The notes under the pieces were generated by a model. It was given only the letters and a program-made list of their open reading frames with translations, did no database searches and was not told the DNA's origin. A DNA stretch of 64,000 nucleotides from a virus, in the IMG/VR virus record IMGVR_UViG_3300033153_001906, positions 55,175 to 119,174 of that record. The stretch is one strand, 5' to 3'. Positions within the stretch are counted from its first letter, which is position 1; the number at the start of each line of letters is the position of its first letter. Position numbers and translations under genes: made by a program. Positions 27,790 through 36,319 of this stretch are shown piece after piece.

Positions 27790-28349
27790 ATTTCTGGCTC
27801 ACTGTATCTGCTGCAACTCTTTGGTGTTTCCCACCATTCAACTTCACCAACTTTCACGCCAAGCTTTGCCATTTTTACTGCTGCGAGTTCGTATGCCCAC
27901 TTCGATAGATTCTCAGAAGTAGGAATAAAATCAACTATGAAAAAGCTTTCCAAGTATTCATACTCAGGGTGGTCGGATGTAAACCCACGCAATTCTTCGT
28001 CCATATCAATAACGTGGCCTGCGATGTGGTCTGTATCTGGTACAAACACTGGCTTCAATTGCTTGCGTACACCAATCATTCTCTGATACAGCGGATCACT
28101 ATGATCTATGATGAATCTGTGATCTACAGTTTCGTCAAAGAATTTCTTGAGCCAACTTAGATGCAAGAAATCTGTTACCATTCCTTGCTCGTCTAGTTCG
28201 TCACCTTGCAAATGAATATGCACTTCTGCTTCGTGTCCATGCAAATGTCTGCAAACACACTTACGATCAAGTGCAAATTCACTCTCTAGCTTCTGTACCC
28301 AAACGCGATGACCGTATGCAAAGTTGAATTGCTTACTAATCTTCCACAT
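27786..28349 (-). CDS. queD: 6-carboxy-5,6,7,8-tetrahydropterin synthase
   Basis: YGHR, CRHLHGH, VTDF, DHRF, PTSENL, ETPKS. Confidence 0.92.
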   Translation of the reverse strand: MWKISKQFNFAYGHRVWVQKLESEFALDRKCVCRHLHGHEAEVHIHLQGDELDEQGMVTDFLHLSWLKKFFDETVDHRFIIDHSDPLYQRMIGVRKQLKPVFVPDTDHIAGHVIDMDEELRGFTSDHPEYEYLESFFIVDFIPTSENLSKWAYELAAVKMAKLGVKVGEVEWWETPKSCSRYSEPEI

Positions 28350-28516
28350 TAGAATTTGCCGTTATTCATTACATCAAAAAGAATATACAAATTTTCTTCT
28401 GCTTTTTGTTTACTAGAAAACCCCTGTGAAGATGCACCAACAATTTTTCCATTTGCTGCCTGTACGCGCCAGCGATGCTTTCCACCCTTGTCTATATAAT
28501 ATTCAATCTTGTCCAT
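28349..28516 (-). CDS. DUF1508/YegP-like small protein (55 aa, not in ORF track)
   Basis: [42 protein letters not shown]. Confidence 0.8.
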   Translation of the reverse strand: MDKIEYYIDKGGKHRWRVQAANGKIVGASSQGFSSKQKAEENLYILFDVMNNGKF

Positions 28517-28829
28517 TTTCCTCTCCTGCTATATATGCTGTGCTGCCTGTACCCCAATGACGAGGCCGATTTACTTCTGGTCCTCGTGTCTTGGCTGGTT
28601 GACCAAATGCATCTTTCGATGGGATTACAACTTCACTGAAATCAGTGTATCCTGCTGCAATCTCACGCAATGCAATTACTGTTGGTTTATCTTTATCTGG
28701 TGATACAAGTGGTTGTGCGCCATGCTGCAACTGATGGGCGCGATTTGCAGCAATTAGAATCATATGAAAGATTCCTCCGCCCGCTGCTACCACTGTGGTT
28801 AGTGAATCTTCAACTGTTACTCTTGCCAT
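28503..28829 (-). CDS. rpoZ: RNA polymerase omega subunit
   Basis: MARVTVED...F[13 protein letters not shown]...[14 protein letters not shown]. Confidence 0.92.
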   Translation of the reverse strand: MARVTVEDSLTTVVAAGGGIFHMILIAANRAHQLQHGAQPLVSPDKDKPTVIALREIAAGYTDFSEVVIPSKDAFGQPAKTRGPEVNRPRHWGTGSTAYIAGEENGQD

Positions 28830-28980
28830 CTTTATTTTCCTCTATAAATTCTGTTAACATATCATTAATTAATTGGTTCAATGTAATATCTTTCTCATGT
28901 GCTTTCTGCATTAGATAAAAGAGATCATCTTCTTCAAAATCAATTTCCACATCTACCATCTTTTCTTTCTTTTCACTCAT
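28810..28980 (-). CDS. small ribbon-helix-helix-like protein (56 aa, not in ORF track)
   Basis: [34 protein letters not shown]. Confidence 0.65.
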   Translation of the reverse strand: MSEKKEKMVDVEIDFEEDDLFYLMQKAHEKDITLNQLINDMLTEFIEENKDGKSNS

Positions 28981-29657
28981 TTGTAATCCCTCGCAAGTGC
29001 CATAAATTCTGCGCGTGTCGCTGGATCACCTTTGAATCCACCGCCTAGTTTGCTGGTTATTGTGCTTGAACCAGTATCTTCAATTCCTCTGCTCTTGACA
29101 CAGAAATGATCTGCGTCAATTACTACTGCAACCTGTTCTGTTTTAAGTATGTAACAGAGTGCATGATAAATCTGTGCTGTTAATCTTTCTTGTACTTGTG
29201 GTCTACGCGCAAAATATTCTGCTACGCGATTAAGCTTCGATAGACCAATAACTTTCCCATTTGGGATATAGCCAATTGTCGCTTTGCCCACGATGCCAAC
29301 AAAATGATGCTCACATACAGACATGATATTGATGTTCTTTTCGACCAGCATTTCATCGTAATTGAATTCATTCTCTACGACTGTGATCTTGGGGAAGTTT
29401 TCTATTCGTAATCCATAGAATGTTTCATCCACATACATCTTTGCTACTCGCTTCGGCGTATCTTGTAAGCTATCGTTTTCAAGGTCAAGACCAAGAACAG
29501 TCATGGTTGATTGCACATTCTTTCCAATCAACTCAACCATTAGGTCTTCGTTCATTGCTTCCCTTGCTGCAAATGGCGTTTCCACGCCCAACTCAAGTAA
29601 GTGTTCGTGAATCTCTTGCCCAAGTACTGCGTCTGTTTTATTTTTATTAAGCGCCAT
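28977..29657 (-). CDS. folE: GTP cyclohydrolase I
   Basis: DTPKRVAKMY, CEHH, IGLSKLNR, RRPQVQERLT, HFCVKSRG. Confidence 0.97.
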   Translation of the reverse strand: MALNKNKTDAVLGQEIHEHLLELGVETPFAAREAMNEDLMVELIGKNVQSTMTVLGLDLENDSLQDTPKRVAKMYVDETFYGLRIENFPKITVVENEFNYDEMLVEKNINIMSVCEHHFVGIVGKATIGYIPNGKVIGLSKLNRVAEYFARRPQVQERLTAQIYHALCYILKTEQVAVVIDADHFCVKSRGIEDTGSSTITSKLGGGFKGDPATRAEFMALARDYK

Positions 29658-30036
29658 TTTCGTTTTGATTCCAACTGTAGTATTGTGATCGGGTTTGGAT
29701 GCCTTGAAGACTTTGCATCGCTTCCATTTTCTCTGATGCAGTATGCGCCATTGCAGCTTTGCTCATTATGCGTGACATTTCTGTTATATCACTTATTGCA
29801 CGTTGCATATCCATTTGGCTGCGAGTAAACTCGCGCTCCATTGTAGCCATTTTCTCAATCAACTGTTTCAACGGCCCAGGCTTGCCATTATACGTGCCCT
29901 CCAACTTTTTGATGAATTTAAGCTTTGAAAATTCATCTTTAAGATCGCCCTCGTCTGATATATTCTGTAAGATAGCATCAAACAGATCAATAAGTTCAGG
30001 ATCAAAATCAAACCCTTGTTTTTCGTATTGGTTCAT
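29647..30036 (-). CDS. coiled-coil protein, paralog of 30036-30482
   Basis: KLKFIKKLEG then coiled coil. Confidence 0.7.
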   Translation of the reverse strand: MNQYEKQGFDFDPELIDLFDAILQNISDEGDLKDEFSKLKFIKKLEGTYNGKPGPLKQLIEKMATMEREFTRSQMDMQRAISDITEMSRIMSKAAMAHTASEKMEAMQSLQGIQTRSQYYSWNQNENGA

Positions 30037-30482
30037 TAGTATTTGCTCTTGAAATTCGTAATGAAGTTATCAACTGCGCTCTGGTCAATATTAATGGCAT
30101 AGTTCTGTCCCAATGGATCAGGATTCGCTATTGCTATAAATGCGTTTGCTACGCCACGCATATCAGTGTTGTAGTTGTTTACTTTTGTTTCCAATTCTGT
30201 GATTCTAACCTCTGCGTCGATTGATTTACTTCGTTCAGTAGAAAGGTCTATCTGTAGATCGTGAATACATTTCTGCTGGTCTTCAACAAAAGCCAATAAA
30301 CTTTCAACAAACTTCTTAGAATCTTCACCCTTTAATTTCTGGTGGAAATCAATCTTTTTGGATAAGTCTTTGAATAAGCCATTTTCGACGCCTTGAATTA
30401 CAAAGTCGATCTTCTCTATTGTTGCTTCGCTTGGCTTCTCAATATAGTATTGAACTGGTGCGCCGCCTGTTCCTGAATTCAT
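30036..30482 (-). CDS. coiled-coil protein, paralog of 29647-30036
   Basis: start at ATGA overlap (MNSGTG); KIDFHQKLKG then coiled coil. Confidence 0.7.
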   Translation of the reverse strand: MNSGTGGAPVQYYIEKPSEATIEKIDFVIQGVENGLFKDLSKKIDFHQKLKGEDSKKFVESLLAFVEDQQKCIHDLQIDLSTERSKSIDAEVRITELETKVNNYNTDMRGVANAFIAIANPDPLGQNYAINIDQSAVDNFITNFKSKY

Positions 30483-30640
30483 TGTTTTTCTGCCTCTGTC
30501 TCTGCCCATTCTTTTATGTGCTGCATAGTTTCAAGTAGCCCTTGTCTATAACATTCGCTACACTGTTCATGCCACGCACGGCACATATCTTCCATTTCTG
30601 GTTTTGTGAATTCATCCCCACATTCAGTACAATTCTTCAT
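30479..30640 (-). CDS. small zinc-finger protein (53 aa, not in ORF track)
   Basis: MKNCTECGDEF...QCSECY; SD AGGA. Confidence 0.7.
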   Translation of the reverse strand: MKNCTECGDEFTKPEMEDMCRAWHEQCSECYRQGLLETMQHIKEWAETEAEKQ

Positions 30641-30648
30641 TATTATCC

Positions 30649-31524
30649 TTATACAGCCATTTTTGGCTTGTTCTTAATGTCTGGTTCTGCGACATAATTT
30701 GTCAGTGATACATCATTATACTCTAATTCTAATAGATCGTCAAGTTTATTTAGGTCTTTTAGAATTTCTAATTGAGGAAGTGGATGTGGTGTACGCTCTA
30801 GTTGCTCATTCACCATATCAAATTGATTCTTGTATATGTGAACGTCGTTACCAGTGTACGAAAGAATTCCTGGTTTATATCCCAAAAGTTTTGCAAGAGC
30901 CATATTTAGGAATGCGTAATTCATAATATTGTATGGTAGACCAAATGGAACATCATTACTGCGCATCATAAAATTAGAGTTTAACCTTCCATCTGGCGTG
31001 ACCTGATATTGTTGTAATATATGACAGGGCGGTAACGCGCATTTTTCTATTTGTTGTGGATTCCATGCGCTTATGATATGTCTTCGGCTGAACGGATCGT
31101 TTTTGATTTGTTCTATCATCTGCACTAACTGGTCGATTCCTGTGTAGTGCCAGTCTTCGGGACTGTCTGCTGTGTCCCAGCCGCCAAAGTTTCGCCATTG
31201 GTGGCCGTACCCATAGCCCATATCGCCCTCTTCTAGCCAATCTAAACCTCTTGCGTCCAGAAATTCTCTTGTTGTATTTCCTGTCCATATGTGTATATTC
31301 TTTTCTTCTAGTTCTTTCGTTTGTCTGCCACCACGTAGCATAAACATGGTTTCTTCGAATGAAATACGAAACGCTACTTTGCGCGTAGTAATGATTGGGA
31401 ATCCCTCTTCTAAATTCCAATGTAACATTCTGCCCCAAACTGAGCGTGAACCAATGCCAGTTCGATCATCTTTGTCGAACCCATTGTCCATTATATCTTG
31501 TAGTAAATCTAAGTAATTTTTCAT
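30649..31524 (-). CDS. thyA: thymidylate synthase
   Basis: DRTGIG, FPIITTRK, YGHQWR, ALPPCH, RSND-x3-GLPYN, HIYKN. Confidence 0.96.
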   Translation of the reverse strand: MKNYLDLLQDIMDNGFDKDDRTGIGSRSVWGRMLHWNLEEGFPIITTRKVAFRISFEETMFMLRGGRQTKELEEKNIHIWTGNTTREFLDARGLDWLEEGDMGYGYGHQWRNFGGWDTADSPEDWHYTGIDQLVQMIEQIKNDPFSRRHIISAWNPQQIEKCALPPCHILQQYQVTPDGRLNSNFMMRSNDVPFGLPYNIMNYAFLNMALAKLLGYKPGILSYTGNDVHIYKNQFDMVNEQLERTPHPLPQLEILKDLNKLDDLLELEYNDVSLTNYVAEPDIKNKPKMAV

Positions 31525-31525
31525 T

Positions 31526-31723
31526 TTAGTCGTCTAGTGCCCCTTCGCCCATCTTACCCATTACCTTCATCATTCGCCGCCTGGGTTTAGGTGTGGTTTT
31601 GCCCCGTTTAAGCCGATACTGAAAAACCTCTTTTCGCAAGCTATTATTTTCTTCTTCTAATTCAATAACTCTAGTTTTCAGTTTTCGAATCTTATTGGCT
31701 TTTCGTTTTCTCAAAAATTTCAT
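31526..31723 (-). CDS. small basic protein (FxxRL motif)
   Basis: EVFQYRLKRG. Confidence 0.65.
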   Translation of the reverse strand: MKFLRKRKANKIRKLKTRVIELEEENNSLRKEVFQYRLKRGKTTPKPRRRMMKVMGKMGEGALDD

Positions 31724-31878
31724 TAGTGCGGCCCAGGATCATTGGTTCTATTATTGTCACCATGCTTTAAACGATTAGTAAATTTCCGTTTCTTGGCGTC
31801 CCGCGTCAGTTTCTTTTGGATAGTTTTCCAATCAACCCAGCTTGGAACTTTTTTCCATTTAACTATTTTGGAAGCCAT
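31723..31878 (-). CDS. small basic protein (51 aa, not in ORF track; FxxRL motif)
   Basis: MASKIVKWKKVPSW...KRKFTNRLKHGD; TAATG overlap. Confidence 0.65.
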   Translation of the reverse strand: MASKIVKWKKVPSWVDWKTIQKKLTRDAKKRKFTNRLKHGDNNRTNDPGPH

Positions 31879-32216
31879 TCTAAACACCCATTTTCATCTA
31901 TGATACGAATATCTTTTTCTTGCTCTTGTGCAATGTCCCACTGTAAAGATAGATATTCTTCCAATTCGTGATTTGTGAGTGATATGGGGCCGTTAGCAGA
32001 ATTCCCCCACATTTGCCACTTATCGCCGAGTTTCATTATTTGGTGCATTTCTTCTGTTGCTGTATTGCAAATGGTGAATGTCACGCCACTCGCAACTCTC
32101 AATACTTTAACGCGAAGTTTTCCTTTTAACCTGTCAACAAATTTCTGCTTTGCATCTGGATCAGGAACCATAGATGGTTTGATAATTTCTGTAGTTGGTT
32201 GAGAAAATCGTGTCAT
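31863..32216 (-). CDS. hypothetical protein (FxxRL motif), predicted leaderless
   Basis: start MTRFSQ 6 nt after -10; KQKFVDRLKG. Confidence 0.7.
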   Translation of the reverse strand: MTRFSQPTTEIIKPSMVPDPDAKQKFVDRLKGKLRVKVLRVASGVTFTICNTATEEMHQIMKLGDKWQMWGNSANGPISLTNHELEEYLSLQWDIAQEQEKDIRIIDENGCLEWLPK

Positions 32217-32222
32217 ATAACG

Positions 32223-32251
32223 AGTATACAACAAAAAAAGCAGTACGTCAA
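32223..32251 (-). promoter_or_regulatory. sigma70-type promoter
   Basis: TTGACG-N17-TATACT. Confidence 0.75.
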
Positions 32252-32262
32252 GTACTGCTTTT
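32233..32262 (-). terminator. intrinsic terminator overlapping the -35 element
   Basis: GCAGTAC/GTACTGC stem plus T7. Confidence 0.8.
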
Positions 32263-32283
32263 CCTAAATTTAAATTGTGGGAG

Positions 32284-32682
32284 TTATTCTCCGCTTTTTA
32301 GCTTATCGACAAACTCTAGTTTCTTTAAATGTCGATTTCGAAGATATTGCGCATATTTTGTAATACTATAGACGAGTAATGCGCCAGTTGCTACTATTGG
32401 AACCAATCCCCATGCTATAAATAGTGCAACACCCACTCCTGCAAGAGTAACTGCGTCCATAAGAATCGCCCCTGGGTGTGTCTCATTAAAGAGATTGTAT
32501 ATTCTTCCCTTGGAGTCTTTACTCCAACCAAACATTAAATCATTATCGTCGTTGCCCATATTTCCGTTTTTCACGTAATATGGTATTGTGCGAAATAAAC
32601 GAAATAACAAAACTGGAACAAAAAACGCAATCATGGCATATGCGATATACCATGATATGGTGAAATATAGTGCGCCGTCCAT
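32284..32682 (-). CDS. membrane protein, paralog of 3104-3676
   Basis: TM segments; ends KKLEFVDKLKSGE. Confidence 0.7.
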   Translation of the reverse strand: MDGALYFTISWYIAYAMIAFFVPVLLFRLFRTIPYYVKNGNMGNDDNDLMFGWSKDSKGRIYNLFNETHPGAILMDAVTLAGVGVALFIAWGLVPIVATGALLVYSITKYAQYLRNRHLKKLEFVDKLKSGE

Positions 32683-32692
32683 GTAGAATTCC

Positions 32693-33388
32693 TTATAGTA
32701 AGCTTGCTGTGGTTTGAATTACTGGTTCATAATAGAAGAGGTGGGTGTCGATCTTCGCTTTCAATATCATGTACTCGTTCCAATACGGAGAAACATAGTC
32801 TGCATGATAATGCGTTGAACCATACGTGAAGTCAAACATAGCCATATCTGCATCGAGCATAGCACTAGCAACTAGCGCAATACTATCATATGATGCATAA
32901 TTGCGGGGACGATCTGACAAGCCATCCCAATACCAAGAAAATTGATTGCTGTCGTAAACTACGTCGCAAACTTCACTTGACCAACGTGCCTCTTGTAAGC
33001 GGTTCAGCGTTACAAGCGCAATAGCAACTTGGCCTTTAAGAGACTCATTGCGAGCCTCAAAATATATATTTTTAGCAAGACATACGTGTTCTGCTGCTGT
33101 ATAACTTCTGTCGTTGACAAATATGAATTCTGGCTCTACAGAATTTAGACTTTCAGCTTCGTAGTCGTGATACCAGTCTGGTGAACCACCAAGACCAACC
33201 TCATTGTCGATTGCATCCCACATTGTTACAACGCCTTTGCGTGTTTGTGGGAGTTCAACTGCGACGGTAATCATATCGGGGCGAGTCAACACATTAACTA
33301 CAGCATAAGTCGCTGGTGCAGCCAACAGGACACCAGCAATAGCTGTAAACGTGATAATACCGTTTTGAATTCGTTTCATTGTGTTCAT
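32693..33388 (-). CDS. cell wall hydrolase (SleB/Hydrolase_2)
   Basis: CLAKNIYFEARNE, VTLNR, QFSW, THYHA-x-YVSP-x-W, HLFY. Confidence 0.93.
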   Translation of the reverse strand: MNTMKRIQNGIITFTAIAGVLLAAPATYAVVNVLTRPDMITVAVELPQTRKGVVTMWDAIDNEVGLGGSPDWYHDYEAESLNSVEPEFIFVNDRSYTAAEHVCLAKNIYFEARNESLKGQVAIALVTLNRLQEARWSSEVCDVVYDSNQFSWYWDGLSDRPRNYASYDSIALVASAMLDADMAMFDFTYGSTHYHADYVSPYWNEYMILKAKIDTHLFYYEPVIQTTASLL

Positions 33389-33420
33389 TTATTACTTCTC
33401 ATGCGACAATGTATTCATAC

Positions 33421-33449
33421 ATTATACGCAAATAAACAGGAAATGTCAA
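33421..33449 (-). promoter_or_regulatory. sigma70-type promoter
   Basis: perfect TTGACA-N17-TATAAT with upstream ATTTAG. Confidence 0.88.
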
Positions 33450-33465
33450 TACCTAAATCCCGTAT

Positions 33466-33521
33466 AAAATCAAGCACTTACGAAGCCCGTTTAATTCGGG
33501 GCCTCGTAAGTCATTGATTTT
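33466..33521. repeat. palindromic cassette, copy 3
   Basis: AAAATCAAGCACTTACGA...TCGTAAGTCATTGATTTT long inverted repeat. Confidence 0.8.
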
Positions 33522-33523
33522 TC

Positions 33524-34033
33524 TTATAGTCCTAGCTTCTGTAGCTGTGAAATTGTGTCTGCTGCGCTGGTATGTAAGATGCCGATGCCTCCCGCCTCGC
33601 GCCAAGGCTGGATAGATTTTTCTCGATCATCAATTAGAATGTGATTTGGTTCTGCGTATGCTGCTTTCATTATACTCTTTTTGACAGTGTGTATGTTATC
33701 AAAGCCGCTAAGATTATCATGTACCCATCGAATCTTTTCTGCGGCCGCTGGCGCTTCTGGTACGCCTGTTGCTGTGAGGATAGAAGGCTTATATTTAACA
33801 ATGTAATTCCAAAGTTCGTGCGCATCAGGATGCGGATCCAGATCATCAAAAACAGTATGGCCTTCTGCTCGTTCACTGTCTACGAAATTTTGAAAACCAT
33901 CATCGTTGTCATTCTGACGCAATTGCGGAAACGTTTTGCCCGTTAGTTCAAGAACGTGTTTATCTAAATCAGCCACGACACCATCGAGGTCAACGAAAAG
34001 TTTATAGTCTTTCTTTACTTCAAATAATTTCAT
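33524..34033 (-). CDS. HAD-family 5'(3')-deoxyribonucleotidase-like protein
   Basis: FVDLDGVVAD, ILTA, K-x2-W, LIDDR. Confidence 0.88.
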   Translation of the reverse strand: MKLFEVKKDYKLFVDLDGVVADLDKHVLELTGKTFPQLRQNDNDDGFQNFVDSERAEGHTVFDDLDPHPDAHELWNYIVKYKPSILTATGVPEAPAAAEKIRWVHDNLSGFDNIHTVKKSIMKAAYAEPNHILIDDREKSIQPWREAGGIGILHTSAADTISQLQKLGL

Positions 34034-34839
34034 TAGATTGCCTCATGCCCTGTCATTTCAACTTTTTCACCATCCACACTGAATACTGCGAGACAGAGTT
34101 GACCACCCTTACCACAGCCCATGTCAGTGAAGACTGCTTTGCCACCCAACGCACCTGCGTGTGTATGAGGGCCAGTTTTCTTTAATTTCTTTCCCATTGG
34201 TTTGCGATCATGTCCCACAACAACATTCTGATCTGCTGGAATGTCATCAACCCAATCGTATTCTCTAACAGGGAAATCTTTGTCGGTGTCGCGTATGGCA
34301 TCAGGTATTAGTTTCCTCCAACCCAGCGGCTCCATTTTGCCACTTGATTGACCATACAATGCGCGATGCTTCGCGCTCTTATGTAGGTTATCTCTATCAT
34401 CCCATACTGTTCTGTGTGCAGCACCATGCACGAACGTCCAATTATGTAGACGATGCGTTAGTGCAGCATTCTTGTGAAGAACAATATCAGTCATTGTCTG
34501 CAGGAAGAAATCTCGCTTGTTTTCTGGTATATCTTCAAGCGTTTTCTTTTGTGCACCTTTCAGATGTACTTTATTTCCTTTAGCGTAACGATGGAATTTG
34601 TCATCGTGGTTTCCGATAACAAATACAGCACGATCCTCGTCAAGTAGCTGCTTTACGGTAACTACGGTTTCAAGGGGCTTATCATGGCCGTCCACTAGGT
34701 CGCCCAAGAATACGATAAACAAATCGTTCTTTATAGCGTAGCGAATACCCATTTTCAGCTTATCTGCGTGAGCGTGAATATCACTAAATGTTACCAAGCC
34801 TTTGTAGTTACCAGAGGCTATCTTGCTTGCTAAATCCAT
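34033..34839 (-). CDS. calcineurin-like metallophosphoesterase
   Basis: SDIH, LGDLVD, GNHD, VHGA, VVGH, DMGC. Confidence 0.9.
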   Translation of the reverse strand: MDLASKIASGNYKGLVTFSDIHAHADKLKMGIRYAIKNDLFIVFLGDLVDGHDKPLETVVTVKQLLDEDRAVFVIGNHDDKFHRYAKGNKVHLKGAQKKTLEDIPENKRDFFLQTMTDIVLHKNAALTHRLHNWTFVHGAAHRTVWDDRDNLHKSAKHRALYGQSSGKMEPLGWRKLIPDAIRDTDKDFPVREYDWVDDIPADQNVVVGHDRKPMGKKLKKTGPHTHAGALGGKAVFTDMGCGKGGQLCLAVFSVDGEKVEMTGHEAI

Positions 34840-34852
34840 GTTGGTTCCTGTT

Positions 34853-35200
34853 TTATGTATTTATCGAATTTACGACAAGAATGACGTTGTTGATTACGAT
34901 AAATGCTAACAAAACATTTAATACCCATAAAGAAATATGGGCGGCGAATTGTGCGCGTTCTCTGCCAACGCGCTTGACAGCATTGATGGTCAAACCTAAG
35001 AACGCCACTACTACGAATTTAATCATATAGATGCCTGAGACACCATATACTTCAATCCAGTGGCGAACTATGGGATTAGCTTCAACATTTGGTCCGTACT
35101 GATTCACCAGTACTGCTGTTGTGGCAGCATCTAGCACATTCAGCGTCATAAGTATTGCGAACGCAGTCCAAATGTTAAACTTCGAAGGTAAGCTGTTCAT
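34853..35200 (-). CDS. three-TM membrane protein (DUF5658-like)
   Basis: LDAATT...EANP...K...NN pattern. Confidence 0.7.
   Translation of the reverse strand: MNSLPSKFNIWTAFAILMTLNVLDAATTAVLVNQYGPNVEANPIVRHWIEVYGVSGIYMIKFVVVAFLGLTINAVKRVGRERAQFAAHISLWVLNVLLAFIVINNVILVVNSINT
34858..34865 (-). promoter_or_regulatory. late-type promoter GATAAATA
   Basis: 18 nt upstream of ATG 34839, inside the 3' end of the upstream gene. Confidence 0.6.
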
Positions 35201-35969
35201 CGAAACCCTCGTTTAGATCATCGGGGGTGTATCCACGGGGATTGCACAAAATTCTTGTGTCGTGAACTTCAACATCAACATTCGTGTGCGTGTGGCCGTG
35301 AACCCAAACAGCAATGTCATTGGCTTCAATCACTTCATCCAAGTTTGTCATGTATGCAGGATTAAGCGGATCAGTGCGAAAGTCCTGCGCAACACACAAT
35401 GGATGCGGCAGGTGATGCGTAACAACTATCGTAGGCCCATCAAATGGGACTCGAATTGTTTCTGTAATAAGAAACAATGTTTGCTTATGCGCCCGAACAG
35501 TATCATTTGGATGAAGGGGGCGTTTACGATAACCGCTTACTTTGTCGCCACTCTTGAATTTGGCACAGTTGTAATCGTTCATGCACTGTATTGCAAGATT
35601 TTTAGCAAAGTAATCGTCGCCGTTAAAATCTGTCCACAGAGTACCACCAACGAGCCTGACTTGCTCATCAATAATTGCTACATGATCGTCAAGCAAAATG
35701 AAATTGCTTGGCATTTCAGGCCGATCACTCCATCGTGCGCGAGTCTTGTTGTATTCGTTGTAGTAAAATTCGTGGTTACCGAGACAGTATACGACTTTGT
35801 AGAATTGCTTGCACATTTTCTGTATGAACCCCACAGCATCAATGCCGAGCGCAACGTCGCCAGCAAGGATCAAAACTGTAGTTTTGTCATCCTTCAGCGG
35901 AATCGGGGTAAAATCTAGTGTACGATCTTCAAATTCTAGATGAAGGTCACTCATCAAGCGAAAGCGCAT
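35175..35969 (-). CDS. metallophosphoesterase
   Basis: SDLHLE, LAGD, GNHEFY, THH-x-P, HGHTH, NPRGY; start moved to MRFRL. Confidence 0.92.
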   Translation of the reverse strand: MRFRLMSDLHLEFEDRTLDFTPIPLKDDKTTVLILAGDVALGIDAVGFIQKMCKQFYKVVYCLGNHEFYYNEYNKTRARWSDRPEMPSNFILLDDHVAIIDEQVRLVGGTLWTDFNGDDYFAKNLAIQCMNDYNCAKFKSGDKVSGYRKRPLHPNDTVRAHKQTLFLITETIRVPFDGPTIVVTHHLPHPLCVAQDFRTDPLNPAYMTNLDEVIEANDIAVWVHGHTHTNVDVEVHDTRILCNPRGYTPDDLNEGFDEQLTFEV

Positions 35970-35994
35970 GTAAAATCTCCAATAAGTAACAACC

Positions 35995-36032
35995 ATTATA
36001 GAACATTCAGTGCTTGAAGTCAAGCACTAAAT
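35995..36032 (-). promoter_or_regulatory. sigma70-type promoter with a palindrome over the -35
   Basis: TTGACT-N17-TATAAT; AGTGCTTGA-ag-TCAAGCACT; upstream ATTTAG. Confidence 0.85.
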
Positions 36033-36056
36033 TATGTAATAATTCAAGGGGTTACG

Positions 36057-36263
36057 TTACTTATCGCGGCGGTCGTTACCAGATCGAGAGATAAACTCGT
36101 TTAGTTTACGTGCCTCGTCAATTATTTCTTCTGAGGTCGGGGACGTTTCTGCTGCTGTCCCGCCGTTGGCGATTGCTTTGGCATGGTGTTGCGAAAGCAA
36201 CATATCATATGCCAGCTTTAGCAAGTCCGCACGTAATTCGAATGGTGATTTTCCTTGAGCCAT
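36057..36263 (-). CDS. small phage protein
   Basis: SPFELRADLLKLA...PTSEEII-x2-A-x2-L-x2-FIS; strong SD; own late promoter. Confidence 0.8.
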   Translation of the reverse strand: MAQGKSPFELRADLLKLAYDMLLSQHHAKAIANGGTAAETSPTSEEIIDEARKLNEFISRSGNDRRDK

Positions 36264-36311
36264 TGTATACTCCTTATCCCGTTAGTGTGGTGTCGTGTAA
36301 CGCTCACAGAG

Positions 36312-36319
36312 TATTTATC
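36312..36319 (-). promoter_or_regulatory. late-type promoter GATAAATA
   Basis: intergenic motif match. Confidence 0.75.

Noticed and set aside
12078-31524. Bacterial chromosome origin suggested by clpP/clpX/ftsH/rpoZ/rpsU/folE/thyA
   Set aside because: The genes lack bacterial operon context and are interleaved with phage-type ORFs, late promoters and virion genes
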